From Ostrea edulis (lineage: Eukaryota): a stretch of DNA of 64,000 nt. Positions 15,241 through 28,500 of the stretch are shown piece by piece. The translations under genes and the position numbers were made by a program. The stretch's first letter is position 1. The number at the start of each line of letters is the position of its first letter. The notes under the pieces are model-generated. The model made no database searches and was not told where the DNA came from. It saw only the letters and a list, made by a program, of their open reading frames with translations. The stretch lies in the NCBI RefSeq assembly GCF_947568905.1, contig NC_079170.1, forward strand, positions 38,254,001 through 38,318,000, in the 5' to 3' direction.

Positions 15241-15541
15241 ATATAACGACCTAGTTCGTCAATACAAACTATCTTTGGGTCAAATGCTGTCTGACATGTC
15301 TCATACCGATTGTTAAGCCGGGTTTTTTTTTGGCACACTGATTTTGACTACGGATAACTTCGTTTACCTGATCAGGATATAAGGCTCATAGCGGGTGTGT
15401 CCGGTCGACATGGGATTCTCACTCCTCCTAGGCACCCGATCCCACCTCTGGTGTGTCCAGGTATCCGTATTGGCCCAACTCTCTATTTTGTATTGCTTAT
15501 GGGAGTCATGAGATTGACTATTCGTTATCTTCATCTTTCAT
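15241..15541 (+). mobile_element. Penelope-like retroelement 3' fragment
   Basis: High similarity to 22640-22932 (RT C-terminus plus 3' UTR CTGATTTTGACTACGGATAAC...TTATCTTCA). Confidence 0.8.
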
Positions 15542-17470
15542 GAAAGCATTTGCACTGACCGTTTATAAATTGTGACCAAGGTCAAAGTTGGTCAAACTCC
15601 AAAGTATTTTTCTTTCAGGGTCAAAATATTGCTACTCGAAGAAAAATCTGGTCTCAAGAAATACAATATACACTTGTGAAATATGAAAGTCCTATCATCA
15701 TCCATTCAAAAGTTATGACCACGGTTTAAGTTTTTGCAAACAAACATGCCAAAAACCGATTACAGGGACAATAAATAGAGACTCATGCAATTTCGTAAGA
15801 AAGATGGTACATATGTACATGTACTATTATATGCATTTATATACCTTACGATGTAAATACTGGTTTTTGTTTTTTTGCACTTATGCAAGATAACTTACAA
15901 CACTGTCTTTTATACTGATGGTAATACTGTTGAATATTTCCTATGCGAACAAAAATAGTAAACAATTGATAATAAGAAAATCAAATGACATGGAAACTTC
16001 AAGAAGATGTTAAGCATTGTTTAATGACGATCACTCATAGAAGTAACAAAATTCATCAAATGCCGAAGAGCGACTCGAAGTCACTCTCTGTATCATTTTA
16101 TATTTCGTCAAAACAATTTTTACTAGTCAATCAAAAAGACCCTAAAAGTTACACTTATTTCATAATTTATTTGCCCCCCCCCCAATATATTTCACAATAC
16201 ATGAGAAAGATACAGAGAAAGAGAGAGGTTAATAGATTTGTATAGGACTTTTACTCCTCGTGAAAAAAAACACCCTGTTTGTTATTTTCAAGGCAATTCA
16301 TTTGTTAGTATCATACCGTTATAAGAATGTTATGGAGGATATGAAACCCTTTCAAAAAAATATTGTATGCACACCTCACATTACATGCATAGGTAAAATA
16401 GCAATAAGAATCTTTACTTTCTCTGACTCAGCATAGGCTTAAGTATAAAATCCTTCTTAGAAAAAGCAACATGACAATAGATCTTCAGAAAGCAGAAAAC
16501 AGCAAAGTCCTCTTATAACAATCATAACTACTTAACATTCCATTAAAGGGTGGTCAATATTAATAGTTTCGGTTTTATTGTACATACAATTTCATTTTTA
16601 ATCAAGAATACTGTTTACTTAGAGTATCGTTTGTCTTCTATCAAACTGTTTTAGAATTTTATGTCAACGACTTGCTCAAGAACATATTTCCCAATATACC
16701 CAATCTAAACAAAGTTTATATTGCAATGTAACATTTCCGTGTATTATATGATGTGGTAAATTCAACACCATCGGTACATGTGAGAAGCATGCACAAATAA
16801 AACAAATTACATATATACATGTACTATGCACGCTTTCATATGTAGAGATACATGTACATGAAAAAGTAGATAAAAGTACAAGCATAGTATCATATCCTAA
16901 CATTTAGAATTCTTTGTATTTTCATGATAAAAGAAAATTGTGGAATCATGATGATATCAGATTTTGACTACTGATACATAGATTTAAGATTTTAAAAGTT
17001 ATTTGATTTTTTTTATGCATGGACGCGTACGCATATTTGAAAAAAATAAATGGATTATTAATCTCGTCATTAGATTTGTAGTGACCTCCAGAATTTAAAA
17101 TTCACGGTCTCTGCCTAAAGAATATCAGCACTTAACAAACAGTCCAAAGAGTTAAGATATATACATGTACATACACAGTCAACTAACAAAGAACATTATA
17201 AGTATCCTGTATCAACACCCCAATTTTGGAAAGTACATGTACAAATAATACCTCCCCCTATAATACAAAGTTATATTGTTCATTTCTAAAATATATTCTA
17301 CAACCACTATTTGATTTGACCTTCAAACATATACAATCATATTAGTGTTTGTTTCTATATACTGTACTAGTATTTAAAACAGTATGATGCACATATATAA
17401 TGAAAATGTATAAGAGATTATACGATTAGAAAGTTTCAAAGATATATATTATTCTGCAGCCTAATGATTG

Positions 17471-17664
17471 CATAGTTTGGTAAACATAAACAGTCCCCTT
17501 CCCTTAGAAATTTGAAAAACATTTGTCGTTCGTCCTTCTTATAATCAATTATATCCCCTGTCAGATCATAGTTTGGTAAACATAAACAGTCCCCTTCCCT
17601 TAGAAATTTGAAAAAAACATTTGTCGTTCGTCCTTCTTATAATCAATTATATCCCCTGTCAGAT
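17471..17664. repeat. Tandem duplication of ~96 bp
   Basis: CATAGTTTGGTAAAC...CCCCTGTCAGAT at 17471-17566 and 17567-17664. Confidence 0.9.
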
Positions 17665-17740
17665 AAGTTTAATTGCAAAGCCCAACTTAAAGATGGAAAA
17701 AATAAAATATCCCCAACTGCGAGAGAAAAATATGTACCGT

Positions 17741-17791
<51 letters not shown>

Positions 17792-17884
17792 CAATGTTCT
17801 TTTAATTAGCAGAATTCTGAAATTACTGTTCTGGATAGGGGAATTGGGTGCAGGTTGAGAACAATAGAATTTATTCATTTGCAA

Positions 17885-18053
17885 CGAAAGGTGAAGATAA
17901 TGAACAATTATCAATCTCATAACTCCTATAAGCAATACCATATAGAGAGCTGGGCAAACACAGACCCCTGGATATACCAGAGGTGGGATCAGGTACCTTA
18001 GAGGAGTAAGCATCTCCTGTCGACAGGTCACATCCATCGTGAACCCTATATCC
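17885..18053 (-). mobile_element. Penelope-like 3' UTR fragment
   Basis: Reverse complement of the same 3' UTR as 22770-22932. Confidence 0.75.
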
Positions 18054-19006
18054 GTAATAAAAATCTGTGTTTTACTAATTACCATGGGTAGTGAGAAATA
18101 TAGATAAGAGATTTTCATCAAATCGATTTATAAATATTTCAGATTTTCCATATATCGTATACCAACGTATTTTCGTTATTTCCATTTATTTCTAAATTTC
18201 TAAACGTTTTGATCATTTACTCGATCTTTGTCAAGCTTTATATATCAAAACATGTTAAGCACGTTTTCTTTCATTTATGGGTTAATCACATCCACCCCTG
18301 CAATGCCCGAATATTATTTCTTCAATAGATATGAGTGTTCACGAAATAAAGAAACAGTAAGTTTATGCCTGAGAAATCACATATTGCAGTGTTAAAATCG
18401 CAATTTTGGCGAGGTGGTACAGAGATGTAGAAGTTTGGATGTAAAGTTGGAATGAACCTCCATGTATGAATTTATTGATGAATGAGAAAAAATATTATTC
18501 GGCATACATGCATTATGTTCAAATTTAAACTCCGTAAACCTGTAAAATTTTAATGATATCGATATCTGTCAAAAGACATTTAAAGCCTTCCATGACAACA
18601 AATGAAAAGTGAGTTTAATTAGATTTGGTGTTTATCCTTAATATATTTACAGCTTGTACATTTATAAGATTATGAAATAGAGCTGATAGATAAAACAGTT
18701 AACTGGATGACATTTGTAAAGATATCAAAACGAATTTTGATACAGAGAATTACATATGAATATTCCAAAGTGTGATAGATCTACACCTGCACAGATGTAG
18801 TGTAATATCAATTACAATAGAAACGGACGGGCATTAGCCGATAGATCATGTATTATGTCTTTGCACCATAATATAATTATATACATCATGCAATAGTGAG
18901 TTTCCCCAAATCGAAGAAAATTGTTCACTACCATTGGATGTAACCCCACATAAATAATATCTAAGATTGATAGTATCGTTTTTTTTCCCAACGAATTCTT
19001 AAAGAC

Positions 19007-19103
19007 CAATGTAATTAAAATTAGATCTTCCATCCGCTCCCCAGTTTTCGATACTGTATCGAAAACTAGGGAGCGGATGGAAGTTATAATTTTAATTAGA
19101 TTG
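19007..19103. mobile_element. Second copy of the foldback hairpin MITE
   Basis: Same arm sequence as 11664-11772 with a shorter centre; perfect 9-bp TSD CTTAAAGAC at 18998-19006 and 19104-19112. Confidence 0.8.
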
Positions 19104-21889
19104 CTTAAAGACGAACTGCAAAATTTATACGTTCAACTGTGATGTACAAAAAACTGGAGTGCTATTCCTTTCTAATCTAGAGTGACTTATATGTCCAATG
19201 CATCCGGTGTTTGATTTTGTATTTAATTATAAAATTGTAATTACCATAACAGCATATACCACATATCGTAACAGCATGCACCATTTATGTAGAGAGAAAA
19301 AATTACAACAGTCTAGGGGGAGATAACTTATTCCAAATTTGTTGTTTTCTTACATTTTATCATTTAATAAATTTTACAAATGTATTTTGAGTATTTGCTT
19401 TCCCCTTTACACAAACGAAGACAATTAAATATTTTCTTAAACTACCTTTATATGCTTTTCAATCGCCATCAGCGTAGAAAACGGAAAAAAGAGTATATTT
19501 AGTTGAATATTTTTTGAGAAATATGTTATTGTTCCAGGAACATACAATCATATTTCATTGAATTTTGAGAAGAATCGGCCTTTTTTCAGAAGTAAAGTTC
19601 GGGGTCATCATGACCACCAAGAGAGCATTAATGGTCCATGCATGGTTCTGTGATTTAAAAAAAATGGTAGCACTCTTCAAGAAATTCTGAGCGGATAACT
19701 ATATAATGAATACAATGTTAAAATTGATCATCAGATTTTTATTTTTTATTAAAATAACAGTTTAACAAAAAACGTTCTTGTGGATAAGATGATGATTAAA
19801 AGTAGCAACAGAAAGTAGTACAAGATCAGCATGGTTTTGATTGTCAAGACTGATCATATACTTCAATCAATCACCACAGAGTCTTCAAGGAAGGGAACTG
19901 CAACCTGAAAAATAAACAACACAATAAACCATTAATCTAAATGCAATTTACCAAAAGTTAAAACATGTAGATTGAGGATATGTCCTTTGATATTTTACTT
20001 TGGAAACATGCTGCTACATGTAAACCTTTAGCACCCATGGTTGCCAGAGCTGGAATTTAACTTATCAATTTACAGTGTATAAATAATTCAGATCAAAATA
20101 CTTCTTACCAGTAAAGGAGAGGGGTGTGGGTGGGTAGAACATTACTGATATATTGATGTTTTCAAATACATACAACATATTTTCTAGAGTATACTTTTCC
20201 CAAGAAGTTCAATGGTTCAATTTTGGGGTTTCAATGCAATTAAGCATTAACTTAGCAAATTAATTCTAAATGTAATGTTAAAGGAGCTCAAAATTAATTT
20301 TTAGAATATTATGCAATCATCAAGACAAGAGGATAAATTTAAAACGACCAAATAAAGATTTATGAAAAGCTTATACAAATTTATAGCAACATAGTAATGA
20401 TTGCTCAATAGGGTATGGAAAGTAACTCTTCAGAAAATTTCCTTTGTTTACAATTTATTTTTAGACAACATGTTTACATTCCTTAGCCAGGAACAGCAAC
20501 TCATTGGAATCCTTTCTTTGTTCTCTCAAAATATTATCAATTCTATTTTTTGTATTATGAGAAAAAATTGTTTAATGATCTTGTGTTATTAAATGTTGAA
20601 CATTAATTTTTATTTCCGAGATTCTCCTCCATATACTACATGTGCTCGTTCATCATCTTATAACTTGTACGTCTCATGCGGCACTTAAATTAGTGAAATA
20701 AAAGTTTTCACATCTTTCTAAAAACTTTAAAAATCAATCTAGAGAGAAAGAATTGGAAAACTGATTATGAATAGAGAAGACTGTGGCTCTTCAAGATAAG
20801 CAAGTGTTTTTTAAAAAAAAATGGTTGTGTGTGTATGAGCAAAAGAGAAAACGCTTGAGATATCATGGCTATGCGTTTAAAAAAATCGTTTGGTAATATG
20901 TATTGATTCTTAATGTGCAATATCATTTAGTACTCTTACTGACTCTTCAGTGTAACATAGGAAATATGTGCTTCATGTAACACTGCCAGACTGCATACCA
21001 ATTAAGCAAGGGTGAAGCACGGAAGTATCTTTTCAATTCCGATTGGGAATTACATAGCGCACATCTACATGTATTATAGATAATACTGAATAAAGATATG
21101 TCCTTTTTATAAGTAATTCATTAGTTATAATATCTGATCAAAGAGTAATATCTGCATACAGAAAATAAGTGTAAACAAAGACGAAGGTAGCTGCAGAGAA
21201 ATGGTGAAATGTAGGTGTTAGAAGGGATACTGTTGAAAAATATTTGATAAATACTTACGATGGCCTGTACATCCATTATATTGTTGTGTTTAAATAATCC
21301 TAAATGCTCCACAAAACCAAAGAAATACAGATAATTTCATTCGAAGCGAACACTGTCCGCCATTATTTTCTCTCCGAAATGAGTGACTGACGTCACAAAG
21401 TATATATATTGTTCAGATTGCCGATTTTTGTAGCCTCGGCGATAGAAAATCATCGATAACTAAATATCTTCTGCAGAAATCCCGGAGATAAGATCAGAAC
21501 TTTTAAATGAAACAATCCGTAACCTCATGCACTCTTTCGTTTTTCTATATATACCTACTTTTAAAAAGATAAAGCCAAAAAACCGGTGTGTCGACTTTGT
21601 ATCTGAGATTCTCAGGTGGATATATATACTTTGAAAAAGGGTCCTCTTTATAAATGATCGATACTCGTTAAAACAAGACCTTTATCCACTAAATTTATGT
21701 TTAAATAGTCCTAGAAACATTGAATTTTTATAGAATGATAATGAAATGGCCATTCATAGAGTAATCTAAAAGTTATAGCCATTTAAAAAAGTGCAACGTA
21801 CAAAGTCGACACGAATGTGTTGACCTTATCCCGTGTCGACTTTCTGCTGGTGAATATCAGGCCTCGTGTTGACTTTATGCGGGATTTTC

Positions 21890-21890
<1 letters not shown>

Positions 21891-21935
<45 letters not shown>
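21891..21935. repeat. (TA)n microsatellite
   Basis: Direct reading. Confidence 0.95.
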
Positions 21936-21937
<2 letters not shown>

Positions 21938-22329
21938 TTTACTCTGTAGATGTAGTTGGATCAGTTGATATCTCACTATAAGTCAGTCATGCTAGACTTC
22001 CTGAAAATCACACATTCATTATCTAAGGAATGAATTTATTTATGTAATCATTTACTATACGATATAAATTTGTTTGGAGCAGTTTACGCTTATAGATTGT
22101 GAAGCATTGTATAAAAAGCGTAACTGCTCGAAACGAATTTATATCGTATAAAATTGATAAGAAATTAAATTTATTCCTTATAGTTTAATTTCGACATTAA
22201 AACATGTAAACATTTTTTTTATTTTATTTCGTAAACAGTAAATAGAAAGTGATTGCACCGCGAAAGGATTCGCTTAACAACATACCTACGAAATATCGAC
22301 CGTGGAGGAAGACATATTGGTTCTTCTCA

Positions 22330-22932
22330 TATCGAAGCAAATCTGCTTCATATTTAGATATTTTATTGAAAGTAGACATTAACGATAAACTGACAACTCA
22401 ACTGTATGACAAACGGGATGATTTCAGCTTCTCCATCGTCAACTTCCCATATTTATGTAGCAATATTCCATTATCACCAGCATATGGTGTTTATATATCT
22501 CAACTGATTCGATATGCAAGAGCTTGTTCTGCGTATAGTCAGTTTTTAAATCGAGGTAAGCTACTGAAAAACAAGTTGATGGTACAGGGGTTTCAACAGT
22601 CTCGATTGAAGTCAGCATTTCGCAAGTTCTATGGTCGTTATAACGATCTAGTTCGTCAGTACAACCTCGCATTGGGTCAAATGCTGTCTGACATGTTTCA
22701 TACCGATTTTTAAGCCGTTTTTGGCACACTGATTTTGACTGCGGATAACTCCGTTTACCTGATAAGGATATAGGGCTCACGGCGGGTGTGACCGGTCAAC
22801 AGGGGAGTGCTTACTCCTCCTAGGCACCTGATCCCACCTCCGGTGTGTCCAGATGTCCGTGTTTGCCCAACTATCTATTTTGTATTGCTTATAGGAGTTA
22901 TGAGATTGATCACTGTTCGTTATCTTCACCCT
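22330..22932 (+). mobile_element. 5'-truncated Penelope-like retroelement (RT C-terminus plus 3' UTR)
   Basis: ORF 22249-22713 contains SASYLD...LYDKRDDFSFSIVNFP.L.SNIP..PAYGVYISQLIRYARAC, typical of the Penelope-like RT thumb region; it stops without a downstream GIY-YIG domain. Confidence 0.8.
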
Positions 22933-25125
22933 GCATGTATACTTCATTTATCAAATTTAAAAATGTACGATGGAGTTTTTAACGAATGCTGAAACCAGAA
23001 GATATGCGTTATTTACATGTATGTGTGGGTTATGCAGGCCTGATGTTTACTTCGCAGTGCAAGATCAACTTTGAAGTCGTTCCTACCAGGGGCGCTTGTC
23101 TCATAACCTAGACTTTGTAAGCTACATATATACGTCGCCTCATGCACCAGAAAATGCGATTTTTGATTTATTAAAAGATTTAAACTACAATGTGACTTAC
23201 CATAACATGCAGCATCGTCGCTAATTAAATCCGACACGGTAAAGTATGTAAGCAAATCACAGATTCACGTTTTAAAATCGATGAGACATGACGTCATCTT
23301 TTACATTGTAGAAATATTCATGACGCATTTTATGCTTCGATAGGCGGATCAAGCAATCCCCCAAGTAAAAACATAATGAAACAGCAATTTTGCAAACACT
23401 TAATATTCAGTTTTGTATTTCACATAGGACATCGTTGTACACATTGAGCAGAGTTCGTTTTTGATTTTTTAACCATTCAAATTTTGTGTAACTGTATTTG
23501 TAAACAAAATACCACGTTTTATTTAGAAATAACTGGGAGGGTCAGACAATACCGTATTTTATTGTGCACGTTTAATCCCGTTGATTTTTAATTTCATAAA
23601 TCGAAGTTCTATCAACGTAACAGTATTCCACGGTCCAATGTAAAATTAGAAAAGAAAAAGTGGTGTCGTCGTGGTTGTCAAGGGGATGTGTCCCCATACC
23701 AAGTTACATCTATGCAATTTAAACGAAATTTTTCAACGTATTCAGCCAATCAAATTGTGTGTTGCAAGTGAAATTGAATTATAAACATATAGATTGCAAT
23801 GGGGTTTTTTTTAAAATATTGAACTTAAACTATTGGCAAAAGAAGACACTCATCTTCCAATGTGGAACAAACACTTCACAAAAAGAGCCTTCCATCAATC
23901 TGTACATACAGAAAGAATAGAAAAAATGCAAGGGTGATTGTTATGGAATCTAACATCTGGAAAAGCTCGAGAGATGTAATAACCTCCTAGCAATATGTAT
24001 TTATTTCAAAGGATTATAACGTGAATGGAAAAATTAAAACATTTTCCTTAACTAGTGTATGATGTAAGTCATAAACAATGTTGAATGATGCTTGGTTATG
24101 TCCGATTGTAATAATATCACTAATGACATTTCGGAGGTCTTCGTCTTTTTATGGACTTTCTTCATTTTTCACCATGTCGATACAAGGGAAAAGATGATCT
24201 AATTCCTTAGGAGGTTTTCGTCGTTGGCTCTGGCTGTCAGAAAACATCAGAACATCAGAAAATATCAACACGTTTTTTTTCAATTATTTCAAGACAGTTT
24301 ACATAATCTAAGGACAACTCATCCCTCGACATATAAAACCCCCAGACATATTTATTGTGTTTTGAACTTGTAATATTCAGAAAATTCATTGTAAGTTTTA
24401 GTGGTTTCCTGTTTAAGCTTAGTCATGAAGTACAATTACAACATCTCACCACTTGGTATAAACATCTTCTTTGCAGTTGTTCACCTTAATTATTGCAAAT
24501 TAACATACAATATTTTCATTTGGCCTATTCATTGTGAGAATTTTCTTTCTAAAATCGACTGAATGATTTAAGCGTGCACTGATCTATTCCTTGTAATTAA
24601 AATTAAATGGCTAATTAATTGATGTATAGACAAATCTTTTTCTAGTGTTCTCTATAAAACAATATTTCATGGGTCGAGTTGTCTAAACAAGGGCGTGATT
24701 TGTGTATACAAGAGATTAAATTGAAAATAAAGTGAGAATTGTTTGGAAAACAAAGAACAATAAACAACTTTTGAACGGCAAACGAAAGGTCTTGTCACAG
24801 GGAAATGTGATATATGACAGCCCTATCGTATCCCATTCAAAAGTTCTCAGCAAGGGTAACATTTTGAAATTTTGGGTCAAGCAGAAACAGTGAAGAAAAG
24901 TCCAGAAAATTGTCATATCCATAAGTCTTTTAGAAATAGGTTAACTAAACCCAAACTCAAATTTGATCTGTAACCCATTAATATAAATTCAAGTCTGTCA
25001 CAGGGTGACAATGGCGTATTTTAATTAGCAAATGTTCTATGTACTTAATTCATTTCAGATTGTTCAGTACACTTTCATTCATTCATTCATTCACCTGTTT
25101 ACTAATCCATTCATGCATTGTCATC

Positions 25126-25432
25126 AGTAGTATAACGCCTCCCGATAGGGGGTTCAACTGAGTGCACTTTTTATGCAAATGAGGTCAAGCAAGGGCGTCT
25201 TTTGATTGGTCAAGCGGTGTCGGGGTCAACGGAGTGCACTAGGACGGGGTCAACCCCAGCAGGGGTTGTAGGAGCCGGTGAATAGGTTGGCCTATGGCCG
25301 CTGGTCTATGATGCGGTACTTTCGCTTTGAGTTCCTGCTATTTTTCTGAAAATAAAATCCAGTGAAATCCTGTGTATTAAATCTAAAAGAATAACACAAG
25401 GTTTTAAGTTGACATGTTTATTAAAGAACAAT
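25126..25432 (+). repeat. Left terminal inverted repeat (307 bp)
   Basis: Compared base by base with the reverse complement of 45058-45364; no mismatch seen. Confidence 0.97.
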
Positions 25433-25481
25433 TTAATTAATTTAGAGTGTTATTGACGTTGTGAAAAAACCTGCTTTTCTA

Positions 25482-25504
25482 TGACGTCACAATAAGTATA
25501 TAAA
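25482..25504 (+). promoter_or_regulatory. PolB promoter: CRE/ATF palindrome plus TATA box
   Basis: TGACGTCA at 25482-25489 and TATATAAA at 25497-25504; ATG at 25540. Confidence 0.6.
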
Positions 25505-25539
25505 CGCAATACACAATTCGCGTTATCACTTTCGACATC

Positions 25540-28500
25540 ATGTCAGACAAGTTACCTAGTGGACTTCCACGGAGTTATATTGAACAGCGATTGAGATTTT
25601 TGAATGATCAGCTGAACAGACAACGGCAGCGTGAATTACATCTCCGCAGAGAGAATCAACGGCGACTACAGTATTTACAGCGGGGAGGGGGGAAAAAGAA
25701 ACCCATTTCGGATTATTACAAAATTCAACTGGAACGAGGACGTCAATCACGGAAATTTAAAGTCAAGGAAAATGTCTACAATGTTGCCTTCAAGCCTATT
25801 CCAGAGAAAGAAAATACAGCCTTCATTCGTCGCCTCTTCCGGGATATGTTAAAAAATGTGAAACAGGAAATGCAGTGCAATCCCAATGATTATCTACGTT
25901 TAAATATTCGGCACCCGTCTCTGGATTCAGCTATTTGGTACGAATTTACGCAGTCCAATCAGCTCAACGAGGACAAAATTCTGAACAAAATAGAATCCGT
26001 GCAGCAATCTAAAAAGGAATTCCTAATCACCGACGGGGCAGTGCAGATGGATTTTTTCCATGTCAAATATCCACAAGGCAGCGGGTGCACTAAGAAAAAA
26101 CATCTACACGTGGATAAGGAGAAATTCAAAACCTCTAAGAGAGCGATCGTTCGCATTCAAAATCCTGAGGATTCTCTCTGCTTGTCCCGGGCTATTGTGG
26201 TAGCACGTCTACACAGCCAGAAATCAAACGACCCGGCATGGGAAACGAAATGGTTACGCATGAGAAAAGGGGATAAAGATTCTCTCGATCAGAAACGAGA
26301 AGCGATAGCCTTGATGGAACAAGCTGGGTGTGTTATGAACCAGCCGTGTGGGCCACGTGAATGGGAGCAATTACAGCACGCGCTCGCCCCACAGTATCGA
26401 TTGAAAATATTTCAATTCAAAACGAATACAACTCGTTTACGACTGGAACCTATTTACAAAGGACCGGGGCACGGGACTTGTTTGAATATCCTGCTGGATA
26501 ACGAGCATTACGATGCCATTGTGTCTATGCCTGGGGTGACGGAAAACAAATACTATTGCGATTATTGCGATGTTGGCTACAGTCACATTGAAGATCATCG
26601 GACCGTCTGTCCTCATCGATGCTCATTTTGTTTAGCCGATACCCCCTGTACCCCGGACGGGACTCAGACGAATTGCCCTCATTGTAAGGGATTTTTCAGA
26701 AATGCAGCTTGTTACCAGACTCACTTGAAACCTTACAGCAGTAATACAAAGACCACGGTCTGTAGTTTAATGGGGCGCTGTAACCAGTGTCAGAAATGGA
26801 TGTCTAAGCAATTATTAAAACGCCACGCGTGCGGGGGTCAAACCGAATGCCGCATCTGTCACAAAGTCGTCACCATGCCTCATCACTGCTTTGTACAGAC
26901 GAAACCCAAACCTAAGAAAGAAAAAGAAGAAGAGGAGTTGAAAATATACATTTATTACGATTTCGAATGCAGTCAGGAAAACGGTATTCACATCCCCAAT
27001 TTATGCGTGGCAGAACGTGTGTGTCAACATTGCGACAGTGCGGATATCGACAAGCCCTGTTCTCATTGTGAAGGATTCGGATCACAACGCCGCTTCCTAT
27101 TTCAAGGACCCGACACGTTAAAACAGTTTATGGAATGGCTCTTACAGAGCGAGACCGATGAGCAAGGCCATGTGGAACTCAAACACGATGAAGCCACCAT
27201 CATTGCCCACAATTTCAAAGGATACGATGGGCAGTTTATTTTGAATTACCTGGTGCACACGGCGTGTATCAAACCCACCGTCATCCTGAACGGTAGTAAA
27301 ATCTTATCCATGCAAGTCTTGGGGTTGAGATTCATCGATTCTTACAACTTTCTACCCTTTGCTCTTGCCAAGATGCCCTCTGCTTTCGGATTAACGGAAT
27401 TGAAAAAAGGATATTTCCCGCACTTTTTCAACACGACAGAGAACCAGCAGTATGTGGGTCCTTACCCGGCCGCTCATTTCTACAATCCTGACGATATGTC
27501 CACCGCCAATCGTGAAGCCTTCTATACTTGGTACCATCAACAAGAGGGCAAAGTCTTTGATTTCCAGAAAGAATTCTTAGCTTACTGCATCTCGGACGTG
27601 GATATTTTACGCCGGTGTTGTGCCCATTTCAAGTCCACCCTGTTTGATCTGGTGGAAGTAGACCCCTTTCAAGAATCCATCACGTTTGCCAGCACGGCTA
27701 ATTTAGCCTACCGACGAGGATTCATGGTTGAAAATACCATCGCCATCATTCCCAATATGGGCTACCGGCCAGCACGACGATATTCAGCTAAAGCTTGTCG
27801 ATGGCTCGCCTGGCTAGAACATCAACATCACTGCATACGACATGCTAGAAATGGGGGCGAAGTCACGCTTGGACCCTATACAGTAGATGGGTATGATGAG
27901 GAATATCGTATCGTGTACGGATTCTATGGCTGTTACTGGCACGGCTGTCCCACCTGTTTCCCGAAACTGTTGACTGACATGCATCCTCATCGTGTTCAGC
28001 ATACGTATCAAGACCTCTACCTGGACACCTTAAAATGAGCCAGTGCTTTAGAAGACCAAGGCTATACAGTCGTGAGCATATGGGAACACGAGTTTGATCG
28101 TCAGACCCTGACCAATCCCGACTTACAGGAATTTTTACAAGGAGTCGATATACAAGATCCTTTGAATCCCCGTGACGCTTTGTACGGAGGGCGGACCAAT
28201 GCTACACGACTGTATTGTGAGGAAGGTGACATGCGATACGTGGATGTCTGTTCCCTGTACCCGTACGTGTTGAAATACAAGCCATTTCCCGTCCAACATC
28301 CCCAAGTCATCACCAGCCATTTCACCGATGTCAGAGACTATTTCGGGCTCATTCGCTGTCGTGTCCTCCCACCCCGAGAGCTGTATCACCCCGTATTACC
28401 TTACAAGACCGGGGGTAAATTACTCTTTCCCTTATGCCGCACCTGTGCGGAACAGCGCAACTTAGGATCCGACGAGCGGTGCCAGCACACCGATTCTGAA

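Noticed and set aside
22714-22932. Hammerhead ribozyme or SECIS in the Penelope-like 3' UTR
   Set aside because: Could not find the CUGANGA/GAAA core or correct SECIS geometry by eye.
533-24922. Dozens of 60-150-aa ORFs in the AT-rich left flank (similar ones in the right flank)
   Set aside because: Low-complexity composition, many non-ATG starts, overlap with repeats or microsatellites, and no recognisable motifs; expected by chance.
28036-28038. PolB TGA as selenocysteine or programmed readthrough
   Set aside because: Not a catalytic Cys position, no leaky UGA-C context and no SECIS seen; a CGA-to-TGA change is simpler.
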